64,000 bases of DNA from Clostridia bacterium (lineage in GTDB: Bacteria > Bacillota > Clostridia > Oscillospirales > CAG-272): positions 10,430 through 74,429 of the forward strand of contig JAFTBN010000017.1 of the NCBI GenBank assembly GCA_017455185.1, read 5' to 3'. Positions 43,258-53,663 of the stretch are shown one piece after another (within the stretch, counting starts at the first letter, position 1; each line of letters opens with the position of its first letter). The notes under the pieces were generated by a model. That model was given only the letters and a program-made list of their open reading frames with translations. It was not told where the DNA came from and ran no database searches. The position numbers were made by a program, and so were the translations under genes.

Positions 43258-45423
43258 ATGACCAAAAAAGTATTCTTCTGTTTTCTCAGTTGTCTTCTGA
43301 TCTGCGCCATGCTTTTGTCTTCCTGCGGCAAAACTGCGCCGGACACCGAGACCATCCCGCCTTCATCCTCTGCTGAAAGTGAAACCGAATCCATGAAAAA
43401 CGAAACCACCAAGGAAAGCGAAACTGCCGTTGAGACTCAGCCCTATCTGAAACTGAGCGAAACGGGAGAAACATTGTACAAAAACACATATGACACCATG
43501 ACCGGACGCCTATTGCAAAACGGTTATGCCCCCACTTCAATCAACGGCGCCTACAGCGGCATGTTCGTACGGGACGCGTCCATTCAGGTCATGTCCCACG
43601 TCATCAACGGGGATGCCGAGGCAGCAGCCGATATTCTCCGATTCATTGCCGGCACGCATATCGCAATCGGCGCCGAGCATGCCATCCACATTATGAATCC
43701 GGTCGACGGGCAGGAAACGGCGGACTACCGTGGAAAGGACCTGAAAAGCGACATCGTTTCCTTTACCGAGACACAAACCGCCCTGTATAAAATCAACCAT
43801 CCTTCCAATATGTGCGCACAGAGTTTCGAAGCGCCGGGCGATACCGTATCCAGAATTCAAGTCTGTCTTCAGACCGGAAACGAGGGCGGCAATCTGGTCC
43901 TGATGCTCGGAACAGACAAAGGCGATGATTCTCTCGGAAGCGTTACCCTGCCCATCACCAAAGCAGCCAAGGAATATTTCGTGTTCGACTTTGATTCTCC
44001 GGTTGAGGTCAATAAGGGGCAAACGTACGTGTTCACTGTTTATGCAGATGAAGACGCTTCGAACACCATCGCTTTCGGAAAGGACAACTCCGATTATTCT
44101 CCTTCCTACAATTACGATAAACCGGCATACAACGGCTGGGTCACAACCCGGAACACCATTGGTTTTTCGGTCTTCACCTCCATCCCCGGCAGTGAAGAAA
44201 GCCTGCCCGGCGCTTCCGATTTGTCCTACAAAGCAACAGGAAAAGCTTCCACCGTTCTGGAAGAAGTCAAACAGAATTACTATCTTTCGGACGTCACCCT
44301 GTATATGGGTGCCGCAAAGGCCCCAAAGGAGGATGACGCTTTTGATGTCACCCTGATGTGCGACGGCCAAGTCGTCGACACCCGGACTCTTCCGCTTACA
44401 AGTCTGAAAGTGAACGAGCCTACACCGGTTTCGGTCGTATTCCGCCTGCCATTGTTCCCATTGGGCAAAAACGCGCAATACAGCATTGAAGTCAATCCCA
44501 CTCAGGAAGGAAGCACCATCTGGTACGGTCGGGATGAATCCCATCTTTCCTATGTCGCGTCGGTCTGCCAGATCAAACCTCTGTCCGATAAAATTCAGGT
44601 TGACGGCAACTATATGCTGGTCAACGCATTTGCCATGTTCGCCCTTTCGTATTATGACGATTATTCGGATCTGATTGCTCAGCTCTACCCCCTGATGGAT
44701 ATGTTCGCCGTCTATTTTGTCCTGGATCATGAATCCTATTTGCATGAAAACGATCTGCTGCGCAATCCGAGTTATGAACACAGCCGGGACGGCCGGTATT
44801 GGGAATCCTACGACCTGATTACCAACTGCTTTGCCTCTGAGGCGCTGCACAAAATGAGCCTTCTTGCATCCAAAATGGGAAAGCACTCGGATGAAGCCAC
44901 CTATTCCCGCTATGCGGACCGTCTGGCTGCCGGGATTCACAAAAACCTGACCTGTCAGATTGACGGCAAGACCATTTACGCCGAAATGATTGCCATCGAC
45001 GAAGGAGGCAAACTCTACAAGGGATTCTCCTTCGTCAATCTGGCCCCCATTGCCTGTGAATGGTATGCCGTGAACGACGAAATCATGGCCAATACCTATC
45101 AGGCCTATCTTTCCATCGGAGCGGAACTGTACGATTCCTACCCCATGCTCCCCGTAGTCGTCAAACTGGATGAAAACGACCGAGCCGTCTACAAGGGAAA
45201 TCACGTCATCGGAAAAGGTCTGGCCTGGGAAATATACTACCTGTGGAAGACCGGAAACACCGAACGTCTGAACAAGATGATTTCCTTTATCGAAAAGCGC
45301 TCCGATCAGACCTATCCGGAAGTTTGGCGACTGAACAACACCTACAGCGACAACGCCAACCAGGAACATGCCAACTGGATGCTGTATATGATGGCCAAAA
45401 TAACCGGAAAAGCTGCCAACTGA
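43258..45423 (+). CDS. large lipoprotein, possible (alpha/alpha)6-type glycoside-hydrolase-like fold with inserted beta modules
   Basis: 721 aa with a lipobox (AMLLSSCGK). The N-terminal (GMFVRDASIQVMSH) and C-terminal (NPSYEHSRDGRYWESYDL..., QEHANWMLYM) segments are helical and GH-like. The middle roughly 300 aa are beta-rich. The fold guess is by eye only. Confidence 0.7.
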   Translation: MTKKVFFCFLSCLLICAMLLSSCGKTAPDTETIPPSSSAESETESMKNETTKESETAVETQPYLKLSETGETLYKNTYDTMTGRLLQNGYAPTSINGAYSGMFVRDASIQVMSHVINGDAEAAADILRFIAGTHIAIGAEHAIHIMNPVDGQETADYRGKDLKSDIVSFTETQTALYKINHPSNMCAQSFEAPGDTVSRIQVCLQTGNEGGNLVLMLGTDKGDDSLGSVTLPITKAAKEYFVFDFDSPVEVNKGQTYVFTVYADEDASNTIAFGKDNSDYSPSYNYDKPAYNGWVTTRNTIGFSVFTSIPGSEESLPGASDLSYKATGKASTVLEEVKQNYYLSDVTLYMGAAKAPKEDDAFDVTLMCDGQVVDTRTLPLTSLKVNEPTPVSVVFRLPLFPLGKNAQYSIEVNPTQEGSTIWYGRDESHLSYVASVCQIKPLSDKIQVDGNYMLVNAFAMFALSYYDDYSDLIAQLYPLMDMFAVYFVLDHESYLHENDLLRNPSYEHSRDGRYWESYDLITNCFASEALHKMSLLASKMGKHSDEATYSRYADRLAAGIHKNLTCQIDGKTIYAEMIAIDEGGKLYKGFSFVNLAPIACEWYAVNDEIMANTYQAYLSIGAELYDSYPMLPVVVKLDENDRAVYKGNHVIGKGLAWEIYYLWKTGNTERLNKMISFIEKRSDQTYPEVWRLNNTYSDNANQEHANWMLYMMAKITGKAAN

Positions 45424-45458
45424 ACCTTGTTTCAAAAAAGCGTAACACTCCGCAAAAT

Positions 45459-45491
45459 AGCGGCTGGTTCTTCCCGGATCAGCCGCTTTTC
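45459..45491 (+). terminator. terminator after the lipoprotein gene
   Basis: AGCGGCTG-13 nt-CAGCCGCT followed by TTTT. Confidence 0.6.
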
Positions 45492-45736
45492 CGCTTTATA
45501 ACCAAACTGTATTTCATTCTTCCGGACAAGGCCTTCGGCCATCAAAGAAACACAAGGACGCAAATCCGTTGCTGTCCCATAAGGACAAGCGCATTTTGCA
45601 AATGTCGGCATCGCCGGATGTCTTGTCCGTCTCATTCAAAGGTAAGGCAAAAAAGCATTTTGAAATATAGAGATAGAAAAAGGTTTATGATATAATTATT
45701 ACAGAGAAAAGAAAGAACAGCAAGGTGAGCACAACC

Positions 45737-46612
45737 ATGGAAACTACATCAAGTCTGCAGCTTGAACAATATCTGAGAGCCATTCTGGGCCGGCAAGGAA
45801 TCCTGGTCGGGCATCCGGTCCCCATAAAGGACTGCATCCTGCTCAAAGAATACCTGCTTGACAAAAACAACCTTTCCCGGGAAGGCAGTGTGATTCCGAT
45901 TGCCGTTCCCTATCGGCCCGACTCCTGTGAAAACGAAGAAATAGCCAGAAACATCTCCCTTTACGCAGTCAGCGAGGATTATCATCGCTTCTTTGCTGCC
46001 CTTTTCGAAAAAACCGAATCCTTCATTCGAACCGATTTCCCGGGTGTTGCCGTCAAAGGATTTGCAGATCATTCTCCGATTGCCGAAGTACATGCAACTG
46101 CCCTTTCGGGGATAGGCGTTGTGGGAAAGAACCACTTGCTCATCACAAAAGAATACGGCTCTTTTGTCTTTCTGGGCGAATTCATTACCAGTCTGCCTTG
46201 CCCCGCTCTTTCCAGTACCGAAGTTCCTACCTGCACGGGTTGCGACGCGTGTCAGCATGCCTGCCCCGCCGGAGGGGATATGTCAGCCTGCCTTTCGGCC
46301 CTCTCACAGAAGAAAGGAGATCTTTCCCCGCTGGAGGAAGCGCGCCTGATAGCGGCCGGCTCTCTTTGGGGGTGTGACATATGCCAACTCGCATGCCCTC
46401 TCAACCGGGATGTACAAACTTCCCGGATTCCCTTTTTCAGGGAAAACAGAATTGCAAATCTTACAAAGGAAACGCTGGATTCACTGGACGAGGAACAGTT
46501 CTCGCGACGTGCTTTTTCCTGGCGCGGAAAGAAAGTGCCCGAACGGAACATTGCCTTATTTCAGGAGGCACAAAACACCCCTGCATCATCCGACAAAGAC
46601 TCAAACGAATAA
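45737..46612 (+). CDS. queG: epoxyqueuosine reductase (QueG-like)
   Basis: It has GSFVFLGEFIT and two 4Fe-4S motifs, CTGCDACQHACP and CDICQLACPLN. ATG 45737 has AAGGTGA 9 nt upstream, and the alternative GTG 45725 has no RBS. An extended -10 TGaTATAAT lies at 45688-45696. Confidence 0.8.
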   Translation: METTSSLQLEQYLRAILGRQGILVGHPVPIKDCILLKEYLLDKNNLSREGSVIPIAVPYRPDSCENEEIARNISLYAVSEDYHRFFAALFEKTESFIRTDFPGVAVKGFADHSPIAEVHATALSGIGVVGKNHLLITKEYGSFVFLGEFITSLPCPALSSTEVPTCTGCDACQHACPAGGDMSACLSALSQKKGDLSPLEEARLIAAGSLWGCDICQLACPLNRDVQTSRIPFFRENRIANLTKETLDSLDEEQFSRRAFSWRGKKVPERNIALFQEAQNTPASSDKDSNE

Positions 46613-46684
46613 TTGGATATCTTAACATGACTATGCTGGATTTGCATAATTTATGTTAACAGATTCAAAAGAAAGGACGCGGAA

Positions 46685-49600
46685 TTGTTTACCATTCTTT
46701 ACGGACCGCCCGGAAGCGGAAAAACCAGTTCGATTCTGGAAGAACTGAAAAAGCACAATCAGGAACAGAAAACAGCCTATCTGATTGTCCCGGAGCAACA
46801 GGCATTCATAACAGAACAATACATTTATTCTTCTCTGCCTTCCCAGGCGCGCCAATTCATACACGTAAGGACTTTTTCCCGTCTTTCGTCCGAATTGGAG
46901 GACCGATGCGGCGGCGGAGCTTTTGTGCTGCCTGAAAAGAGCATTTGCAATCTCTTGATGTGGGACAGCATCCGCGCCTATTCCTCCCATCTGAAAGCGT
47001 ACGGAAAACTGGACAATGCGGATCTGACCGGAATCTTCTTTGATGAATTGAGCGAACTGACCTCAGCCGGCATTTCTCCGGATGCCCTTCAATCCTTTTC
47101 TGACACTCTTCCCGTCGCCTCCCCGCTTCGCTCCAAGATCCTCGATCTGAAGGCCATCCGTTCATCCTACGAAGGAAAACTGGAAGCTCTTTGCGGGAAT
47201 ATGATTCTGGACCGGGATTTGCGGGCGGCTGACTATGTGGCTCAGACCGGATTCTTTCGCGACACGGACGTTTATTTCGATTCCTTTACCGGCTTTACAG
47301 ACGCTCAGTTCAAGCTGATTCAAACCATCCACAACCAGGCAGACAACGTATGGATTACACTCTGCCTGGACCGTCTTGACAGTTCCCTGCCTCAATTCCT
47401 TGAATCCAAACGGATTGTATCCGTTCTTAAATTCTATATTCATACCGATTTCAGGATTGCGTCTTCTCAGAGCAAAAACCAGGACCGGAACGACTGCCTC
47501 ACCTTTTTGCGTGACCATATCTGGAGCTATGATTTACATATTGAACAATGCCGTACTCAGCCGGAAGAGGCCGTCAGACTGTTCGAATGCGATAACAGTT
47601 TCACGGAATGTGAAAATGCGGCACTGGAAATCCTGAATCTGATCAACACAGCCGATTACAGTTTCAAGGACATTGCCATAACCGTACGAAACACCGAAAC
47701 ATACGCCGGGATCATCAAACTGGTCTTTGACAAATACAACATCCCATTCTTCATTTCCCAAAGGACCGACCTTTCGACCAAACCGATTTCCAGGGCCGTC
47801 CTTTGCGCGCTTTCCGCCATTTCAAACAATTACCCTTTGGAAGATGTCGTCAACCTGGGCAAAACCGGTCTTTGCGGCGTAAGCGAAGACGATATGGATC
47901 TCTTTTCCTCCTATTGCGAAACATGGAGAATCTCAGGTCGGAAATTCACCGAAACACAGACTCCCTGGAGCATGAACCCCAAAGGAATGACCGGAGACGA
48001 ACCGGGCACAAGAGGCGAGCACATCCTGAATGTGGCAAACCGTGTGCGTGAAAAACTGATTCCTCCGCTGGTAAAGATGAGCACCCGCATGAATTCCGCC
48101 ACCCGACTGGCCGATTTTTCCGGTGCTTTGTATCAGTATCTGCAGGAAATCGATATTCGGGGTGCTTTGAAGAAAACGGCGTTGCAGGAACTCGAGGAAC
48201 ATCACGAACGCCAGGCCGAAGAAACCATCCGCTCCTATGAGGAACTGCTCGGAATTCTGATTACCCTGTCCGAGCTGGAAAAAAACGACCGGGTTCTGGA
48301 TATACAGAATATAACACCGGCCGATTTCAGGAAAATTCTGCGTCTGATGCTGATTCATACGGACATCGGCTCGGTTCCCGAAGTAAACGACTGCGTGATC
48401 ATCGGCTCAGCACCTCTGCTTCGTGTGGAGAACATCAAAGCAATGTTCCTTTTGGGGCTCAACGACGGAGAATTTCCTCAAACCATCTCCGAACAGGGAC
48501 TCTTTTCCGAAGCGGAAAAACAGCAAATGGAAAAAGGCGGAATCCACCTGCTGACCAAGGAGGAGAACCGCCTGAGCGGCGAGCTGTTTTATTTGTACAG
48601 AGCCGTCAGCAAACCGACGGAAAAGCTCTTTGCCTCAAGAGCCCTGCAAACCTCTGACGGAAAAGCAAAAAGTCCGTCCAATGCTTTTACCCGTCTTCTT
48701 TTCCTCCTTCAGAAAAACACTCCCCGCACCATTCACGGCAAAGACATTCCCCAGCATATACAGCCCCCGAAACTGCCGGTCGCGGACGCCTCCACGTTCC
48801 GAGAGCAAACACGCCGGCAAACCCTGCTCCTTTCCAACTCCAAGATTTCACAATACGTTAACTGCCCTTTCAGCTTCTTCGCAAGTTATCAGTTGGGTCT
48901 GAACGAAGAAACAAGCGCAGATTTGAGTTTCAGCGGCTCGGGCACATTCGTCCACTCCATTCTGGAGCAGGTATTGAAAGAATTCTATTCAGACCACCCG
49001 TCTGTCAACCCGACGCCTTCCAAGGAAGAAATCCGGCTTGCCGCAGACCGTGCCATTGCCGGAATCTTTTCCCGGTATGAAAGCCGGATGATGGATCCAC
49101 ACGAGGACTCTATGCTGCTTCACAGTTATGCCCGTCTTCGCAATCAATCCCTTCTGTTTTTGGACAGCATTTTTGAAGAACTGTCCAAGTCCGATTTCAT
49201 TCCGACCTATTTTGAAGCCAAATTCGGGTTCGGGCGAAAAGATGAGCCCGCCTTTATTCCGATTGAACTTTCCGACCATTCCCAGCTGATTGTCCGGGGC
49301 ACAGCAGACCGGATTGATGTCTGGGATCGTTCGGACGCGCAATACATCCGGATTGTCGATTATAAGACAGGCCGTCATCCCTTCAGCCTCAAAGACGTCG
49401 AAACCGGAAAGGACACGCAGCTTCTGCTGTATCTTTTCACCTTGTGCGAGCAGCAAAATGCCCCGTTTTTCAAAGGAATGCCGACCGTACCGGCCGGTGC
49501 CAATTTCCTCTATTCTGAAAAAAACGGGTCCATCGTCCGTTCGGGCCTTCTGCTGGATCATCCGGACGTCATCAAAGCATTCCGTTCGGATTATCAGGCT

Positions 49601-49825
49601 CAGTTCCTCCCGGATGCATCCGTCAAAAAAGGCGTATTGAACATCAAAAACAAGAAAAGTCTGGATGAGATGGAACAAATCCGGGATACCCTTCATGACA
49701 CTCTTCGCTCCATCGGCGACAGAATTCAGAGCGGTGAGCGGAACCGGACTCCAAGCAAAAATGCATGCAACTACTGTCTGCTGAAAAAGCGGTGCCCGAA
49801 ATCAATGTATAGAAAGGAGAACTGA
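46685..49825 (+). CDS. addB: helicase-exonuclease AddAB, subunit AddB
   Basis: 1046 aa starting at TTG, with the N-terminal P-loop GPPGSGKT. It has a C-terminal nuclease domain and Fe-S cysteines (NCPFSFF ... CNYCLLKKRC). Confidence 0.93.
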   Translation: MFTILYGPPGSGKTSSILEELKKHNQEQKTAYLIVPEQQAFITEQYIYSSLPSQARQFIHVRTFSRLSSELEDRCGGGAFVLPEKSICNLLMWDSIRAYSSHLKAYGKLDNADLTGIFFDELSELTSAGISPDALQSFSDTLPVASPLRSKILDLKAIRSSYEGKLEALCGNMILDRDLRAADYVAQTGFFRDTDVYFDSFTGFTDAQFKLIQTIHNQADNVWITLCLDRLDSSLPQFLESKRIVSVLKFYIHTDFRIASSQSKNQDRNDCLTFLRDHIWSYDLHIEQCRTQPEEAVRLFECDNSFTECENAALEILNLINTADYSFKDIAITVRNTETYAGIIKLVFDKYNIPFFISQRTDLSTKPISRAVLCALSAISNNYPLEDVVNLGKTGLCGVSEDDMDLFSSYCETWRISGRKFTETQTPWSMNPKGMTGDEPGTRGEHILNVANRVREKLIPPLVKMSTRMNSATRLADFSGALYQYLQEIDIRGALKKTALQELEEHHERQAEETIRSYEELLGILITLSELEKNDRVLDIQNITPADFRKILRLMLIHTDIGSVPEVNDCVIIGSAPLLRVENIKAMFLLGLNDGEFPQTISEQGLFSEAEKQQMEKGGIHLLTKEENRLSGELFYLYRAVSKPTEKLFASRALQTSDGKAKSPSNAFTRLLFLLQKNTPRTIHGKDIPQHIQPPKLPVADASTFREQTRRQTLLLSNSKISQYVNCPFSFFASYQLGLNEETSADLSFSGSGTFVHSILEQVLKEFYSDHPSVNPTPSKEEIRLAADRAIAGIFSRYESRMMDPHEDSMLLHSYARLRNQSLLFLDSIFEELSKSDFIPTYFEAKFGFGRKDEPAFIPIELSDHSQLIVRGTADRIDVWDRSDAQYIRIVDYKTGRHPFSLKDVETGKDTQLLLYLFTLCEQQNAPFFKGMPTVPAGANFLYSEKNGSIVRSGLLLDHPDVIKAFRSDYQAQFLPDASVKKGVLNIKNKKSLDEMEQIRDTLHDTLRSIGDRIQSGERNRTPSKNACNYCLLKKRCPKSMYRKEN

Positions 49826-49829
49826 CACT

Positions 49830-52800
49830 ATGGCCAGAATCAGACATGCCTTTTCCGCAGAACAGGAAGCCGCCATTGCAGCGCACGGAACCAACGTCCT
49901 GATCAGCGCAGCCGCAGGCTCAGGTAAAACCGACACGCTGACCGAACGAGTCATCCGTCTCCTTTCCGGCAACAACCCGGAAAAGAAGAAATACCAGATT
50001 AACCGCTTTCTCATCACAACCTTTACCGTCGCTGCCGCAGCCGTTCTGAAAGACCGGATCCGTGACGCACTTTCGGACGAGTTGGTAAAAAACCCGAAAG
50101 ACTCCAATTTACATAAGCAAATTCTGCTTTTAGGCAGCGCACACATCTGCACCATAGACTCTTTTCATCTCGATATCGTGCGGGCAAATTTTGAAAAACT
50201 CGGAATGAATCCGAAATTCCGCATTGCGGATGAGGCCGAACTGCTCCTTTTACAGGAAAAGCATATGAAATCCGCCATTGAGAGCATGTACCGCAAATAC
50301 GGGACATCCGACGGAAGCGATCCTTTGTTTTTAGGCATTCTGGACAACCCCTTCTCCGACCTGATGAACGTCCTGCTGGAAGGCCGGGACGAATCCGAAC
50401 TGATTCCGACCCTGATTTCCACCCGTTCGTATTACGATCAGTTTTCCGAAGGAATCGAACGTCTGAAGCGGGATGCCGAACAATTGAAAGCCGAATCGGA
50501 AGCCTCCGATATCACCCGGACGCAGGATTTGCTGTTCTATCGCGAAAAGATGCTGAAGATGTTCCGCGCCTATTCGAACCGGCTTGACGTCCTGGAAGCT
50601 GAAGCGGACAAAACAGCTCTTGACCAAAAAAAGACTGCCAAACTTGATGAGCTTCTGGAAGAATTCCGCTCGATCATCGCCGGTCTTACCCATTCGTTTG
50701 AAACGGAAGGCCCGGACAAATGGACCGAGAAACTGGAAGAGGTCTCATTCAGGAGGTGGGACCACCATCTGCCTGTGTCTATCAAAAACCTCCGCGATCA
50801 GTTCAAGACGGAACTGGAGAACGAGCTGGACCGGATGGAAAATTTCAGTCCGGAGGACTACCGGAATGAACTGTCAAGCAACGCACGCTGCTGCAGTCTG
50901 CTTTACGAATTGCTCTCCGAGTTTGACCGGACCTGCATGGAAGAAAAAATCCGAAACGGAATCTGCAGTTTCGCAGACATCACCCATTTTGCCCTGAAGC
51001 TTCTGAAAGAAAACCCGGAAATCGCCGGAAGTTGGAGAGAGCGCTTCGACGAAATCTGTGTGGATGAATATCAGGATCTTTCCCCGATTCAGGATGAAAT
51101 CTTCCGTCTGATCAGTCGCGACAACCGATTCATGGTCGGCGACATGAAACAGAGCATTTACGGATTCCGCGGCGCGGAACCTGGCATTTTTTCTTCCTAT
51201 CGAAACGGAGGAAAGAGATACAATGAAACCGTAAATTGCCTGTTCATGTCCAGGAACTTCCGCTGCAGTCTTCCCATCATCCATTTCACCAACCTGGTCT
51301 GCGGACACATCCTGAGGGCCTGCGGAGATTCCATCGGTTATCAGGACGAAGACGACCTCCAGCCCGGCAAGCACGACGAAGCGGAATCCACGCCCGTAAC
51401 CCTGTATCTGTTTGAAAAGAAAAGCGGAAAAAGAAACGGGGAGCAGACTCCGGGTGAAACCGAGCCTGATTCTGAACCAACCAACCCAAATCAGTCGGAC
51501 AGCGAAGAGGACAGCGAGGAGAACAGCGATACCCCCGGAACGGCGGAAATGAACTTCATTGCGGCCAAAATCCGTTCCCTGCATCAAAAGGGTCGTTACG
51601 CTCTGTCCGACATCGCTATCCTGACCCGCACAGTAGAAGAAGCGGCGGCCTGCCGGCTCTATCTGAGCAAAATGAAATTTCCGGTCGCGGAAGACGGTTC
51701 TTTTCTGAAAAGCAGTCCTTCCATGAAATACATTCTGAACCTGCTGGACGTCATCAACAACCCGCACAACGACACGGCCCTGTCGGAATGGCTTCTGGAT
51801 CCGCATACCGGTTTTTCGCCGGATGAATTGCTCTTTATCCACGAAAAAACGAAAACAGCCTATTCCCTGTACGACGACATGATGCAATTCTCGGTTGCGG
51901 ATCTGCCTGATCGAACGGATGTTTCGGACAGGCTGGTCAAAAAATGCTCGGATGTCCTTGCCTCCATCTCGTCGCTCCGGCATTTTGCGGCATCCCATTC
52001 CGCCGACGAAATCCTGCGCGAACTGACAAGGCGCCCCGAACTCATTCACCTTGCCTCCGACCCCTGTCTGCTGTTCACAACCGACCGTGCCTTTTCCATG
52101 CAGAGTTCCGGATATACCACTCTTTACAGTTTCATTCCGGCACTCAAGCGCACCATCGAATCCATCAAGCCGTCTGCCGAAAAAGCGGAAGATGCGCTGA
52201 CCGTCATGAACATCCATAAGGCAAAAGGGCTTGAATTTCCTGTCGTGTTTGTCATCAATCTGAAAAAGACCTTTTCCTTCATCAGTAAGAACCAAAAGTA
52301 TCCGGCTTTTTTCTCGCGGGTAGCCGGACCGGCGCTGTCGCTTTATCACGAGAGCACCAATGCCAAGACCAAAGGATTTCACTTCGCTACGGTTCTGGAC
52401 CGTCAGGCTGTTCTTGACCGGCAAGAAGAAATGCGGCTGCTGTATGTGGCGCTGACCCGCGCCAAAGAGCGCCTGTATCTGGTCAGTCTTTTCCCCTCTG
52501 TGAAAAAGGAGAATAATCCGCCTGACGTTCAATCCGTATTGGGTCCCGACCCGTACTTTATCTTCCGGGCACAATCCTATCTGGACTGGCTTTTCAACGC
52601 CATTAGTCATGCACCGGGCAGCCGGGACTGCTTCAGGATTGAAGAAAATCCGGATTCGGAAAGCATTGCACCCGAAGAACCGATTTCCTTACCCAAGTCA
52701 ACCGAAGAGCAAGACCCGGCAGCCGGGAATGCGAAAAAAACAAAGGAAGATTTTGAAATAACCATTCAGACCTATTTCTCGCGCCCGTATAAAAATGACG

Positions 52801-53555
52801 CCTTGCGGAACATCCCCAGCAAAATCGCCGCTTCGAAAGCAAAAGACAATTTCCTGGACACCATATTGGAAAACGACTCCTCTCCCCTGAATCAGGAGAA
52901 ACTCGGGGAATTATTCCAAAACCGGTTGGAAATCATCGACCGCAACCCGGAATCCTTTGAAGCATTGCTCAATGAACGCAAGAAACCAACGCCGGCCGAA
53001 ATCGGAACTGCTACCCATACATTCATGCAGTTCGTACCATACAAGGCTTTATACAGCCAGGGCGCAGAAACCATTCTGGACGAAATGGTTTCAAAGGGGT
53101 ATCTGGGAGAAAAAGCAAGGCAGATGATGAATCTGAAATTCCTCGAAAACTTCCGGCGCAGCATTCTTTTGCAAAAGCTGCTGAAAAGTCCAAGCGTATA
53201 TCGCGAATATGAATTCAACACCTTCGCGGACCTGTCGTCTTTCACTTCCCGTCCGGAATTCAAGAAAAAACTGGCGGGCAACACCATTCAGGTCCGGGGC
53301 TCCATCGACCTGCTCTATTTCAGTGAAGACGGACAGATGCATCTGGTGGATTACAAAACCGACCGACTGGACATGTCCCTGAACGATGCAGAATTGTCCG
53401 ACAAGCTCTTCGCCGAACACGGGCAGCAGCTCCGGATTTACCGGAAAGCCATTGAAGACATTTTCGGAAAAAAGCCGGATACAGTCTCCATCTTTTCCTT
53501 CGTGCTGGGAAAAGAAATCGATCTGTCCGACCGTTTTTCCGTCTCCGGTTCTTAA
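49830..53555 (+). CDS. addA: helicase-exonuclease AddAB, subunit AddA
   Basis: 1241 aa with UvrD-type motifs (AAAGSGKT, VDEYQD, KAKGLEFPVVF, YVALTRAKERL). The C-terminal RecB-type nuclease is GSIDLLY...LVDYKTD. Confidence 0.95.
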   Translation: MARIRHAFSAEQEAAIAAHGTNVLISAAAGSGKTDTLTERVIRLLSGNNPEKKKYQINRFLITTFTVAAAAVLKDRIRDALSDELVKNPKDSNLHKQILLLGSAHICTIDSFHLDIVRANFEKLGMNPKFRIADEAELLLLQEKHMKSAIESMYRKYGTSDGSDPLFLGILDNPFSDLMNVLLEGRDESELIPTLISTRSYYDQFSEGIERLKRDAEQLKAESEASDITRTQDLLFYREKMLKMFRAYSNRLDVLEAEADKTALDQKKTAKLDELLEEFRSIIAGLTHSFETEGPDKWTEKLEEVSFRRWDHHLPVSIKNLRDQFKTELENELDRMENFSPEDYRNELSSNARCCSLLYELLSEFDRTCMEEKIRNGICSFADITHFALKLLKENPEIAGSWRERFDEICVDEYQDLSPIQDEIFRLISRDNRFMVGDMKQSIYGFRGAEPGIFSSYRNGGKRYNETVNCLFMSRNFRCSLPIIHFTNLVCGHILRACGDSIGYQDEDDLQPGKHDEAESTPVTLYLFEKKSGKRNGEQTPGETEPDSEPTNPNQSDSEEDSEENSDTPGTAEMNFIAAKIRSLHQKGRYALSDIAILTRTVEEAAACRLYLSKMKFPVAEDGSFLKSSPSMKYILNLLDVINNPHNDTALSEWLLDPHTGFSPDELLFIHEKTKTAYSLYDDMMQFSVADLPDRTDVSDRLVKKCSDVLASISSLRHFAASHSADEILRELTRRPELIHLASDPCLLFTTDRAFSMQSSGYTTLYSFIPALKRTIESIKPSAEKAEDALTVMNIHKAKGLEFPVVFVINLKKTFSFISKNQKYPAFFSRVAGPALSLYHESTNAKTKGFHFATVLDRQAVLDRQEEMRLLYVALTRAKERLYLVSLFPSVKKENNPPDVQSVLGPDPYFIFRAQSYLDWLFNAISHAPGSRDCFRIEENPDSESIAPEEPISLPKSTEEQDPAAGNAKKTKEDFEITIQTYFSRPYKNDALRNIPSKIAASKAKDNFLDTILENDSSPLNQEKLGELFQNRLEIIDRNPESFEALLNERKKPTPAEIGTATHTFMQFVPYKALYSQGAETILDEMVSKGYLGEKARQMMNLKFLENFRRSILLQKLLKSPSVYREYEFNTFADLSSFTSRPEFKKKLAGNTIQVRGSIDLLYFSEDGQMHLVDYKTDRLDMSLNDAELSDKLFAEHGQQLRIYRKAIEDIFGKKPDTVSIFSFVLGKEIDLSDRFSVSGS

Positions 53556-53565
53556 TCCAATCCCG

Positions 53566-53609
53566 AAAACACCCGGTGTTCCTCCATACGGACACCGGGT
53601 GTTTTCTGC
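53566..53609 (+). terminator. terminator after addA
   Basis: AAAACACCCGGTGT-12 nt-ACACCGGGTGTTTT followed by CTG. Confidence 0.8.
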
Positions 53610-53620
53610 GATACAAACCG

Positions 53621-53645
53621 AAAAAGGGGCTGCATCAGCAGCCCC
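53621..53645 (-). terminator. terminator after the distal solute-binding gene
   Basis: On the minus strand: GGGGCTGC-tgat-GCAGCCCC followed by TTTTT. Confidence 0.65.
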
Positions 53646-53663
53646 TGAAGGAGTGGTTTTGAA

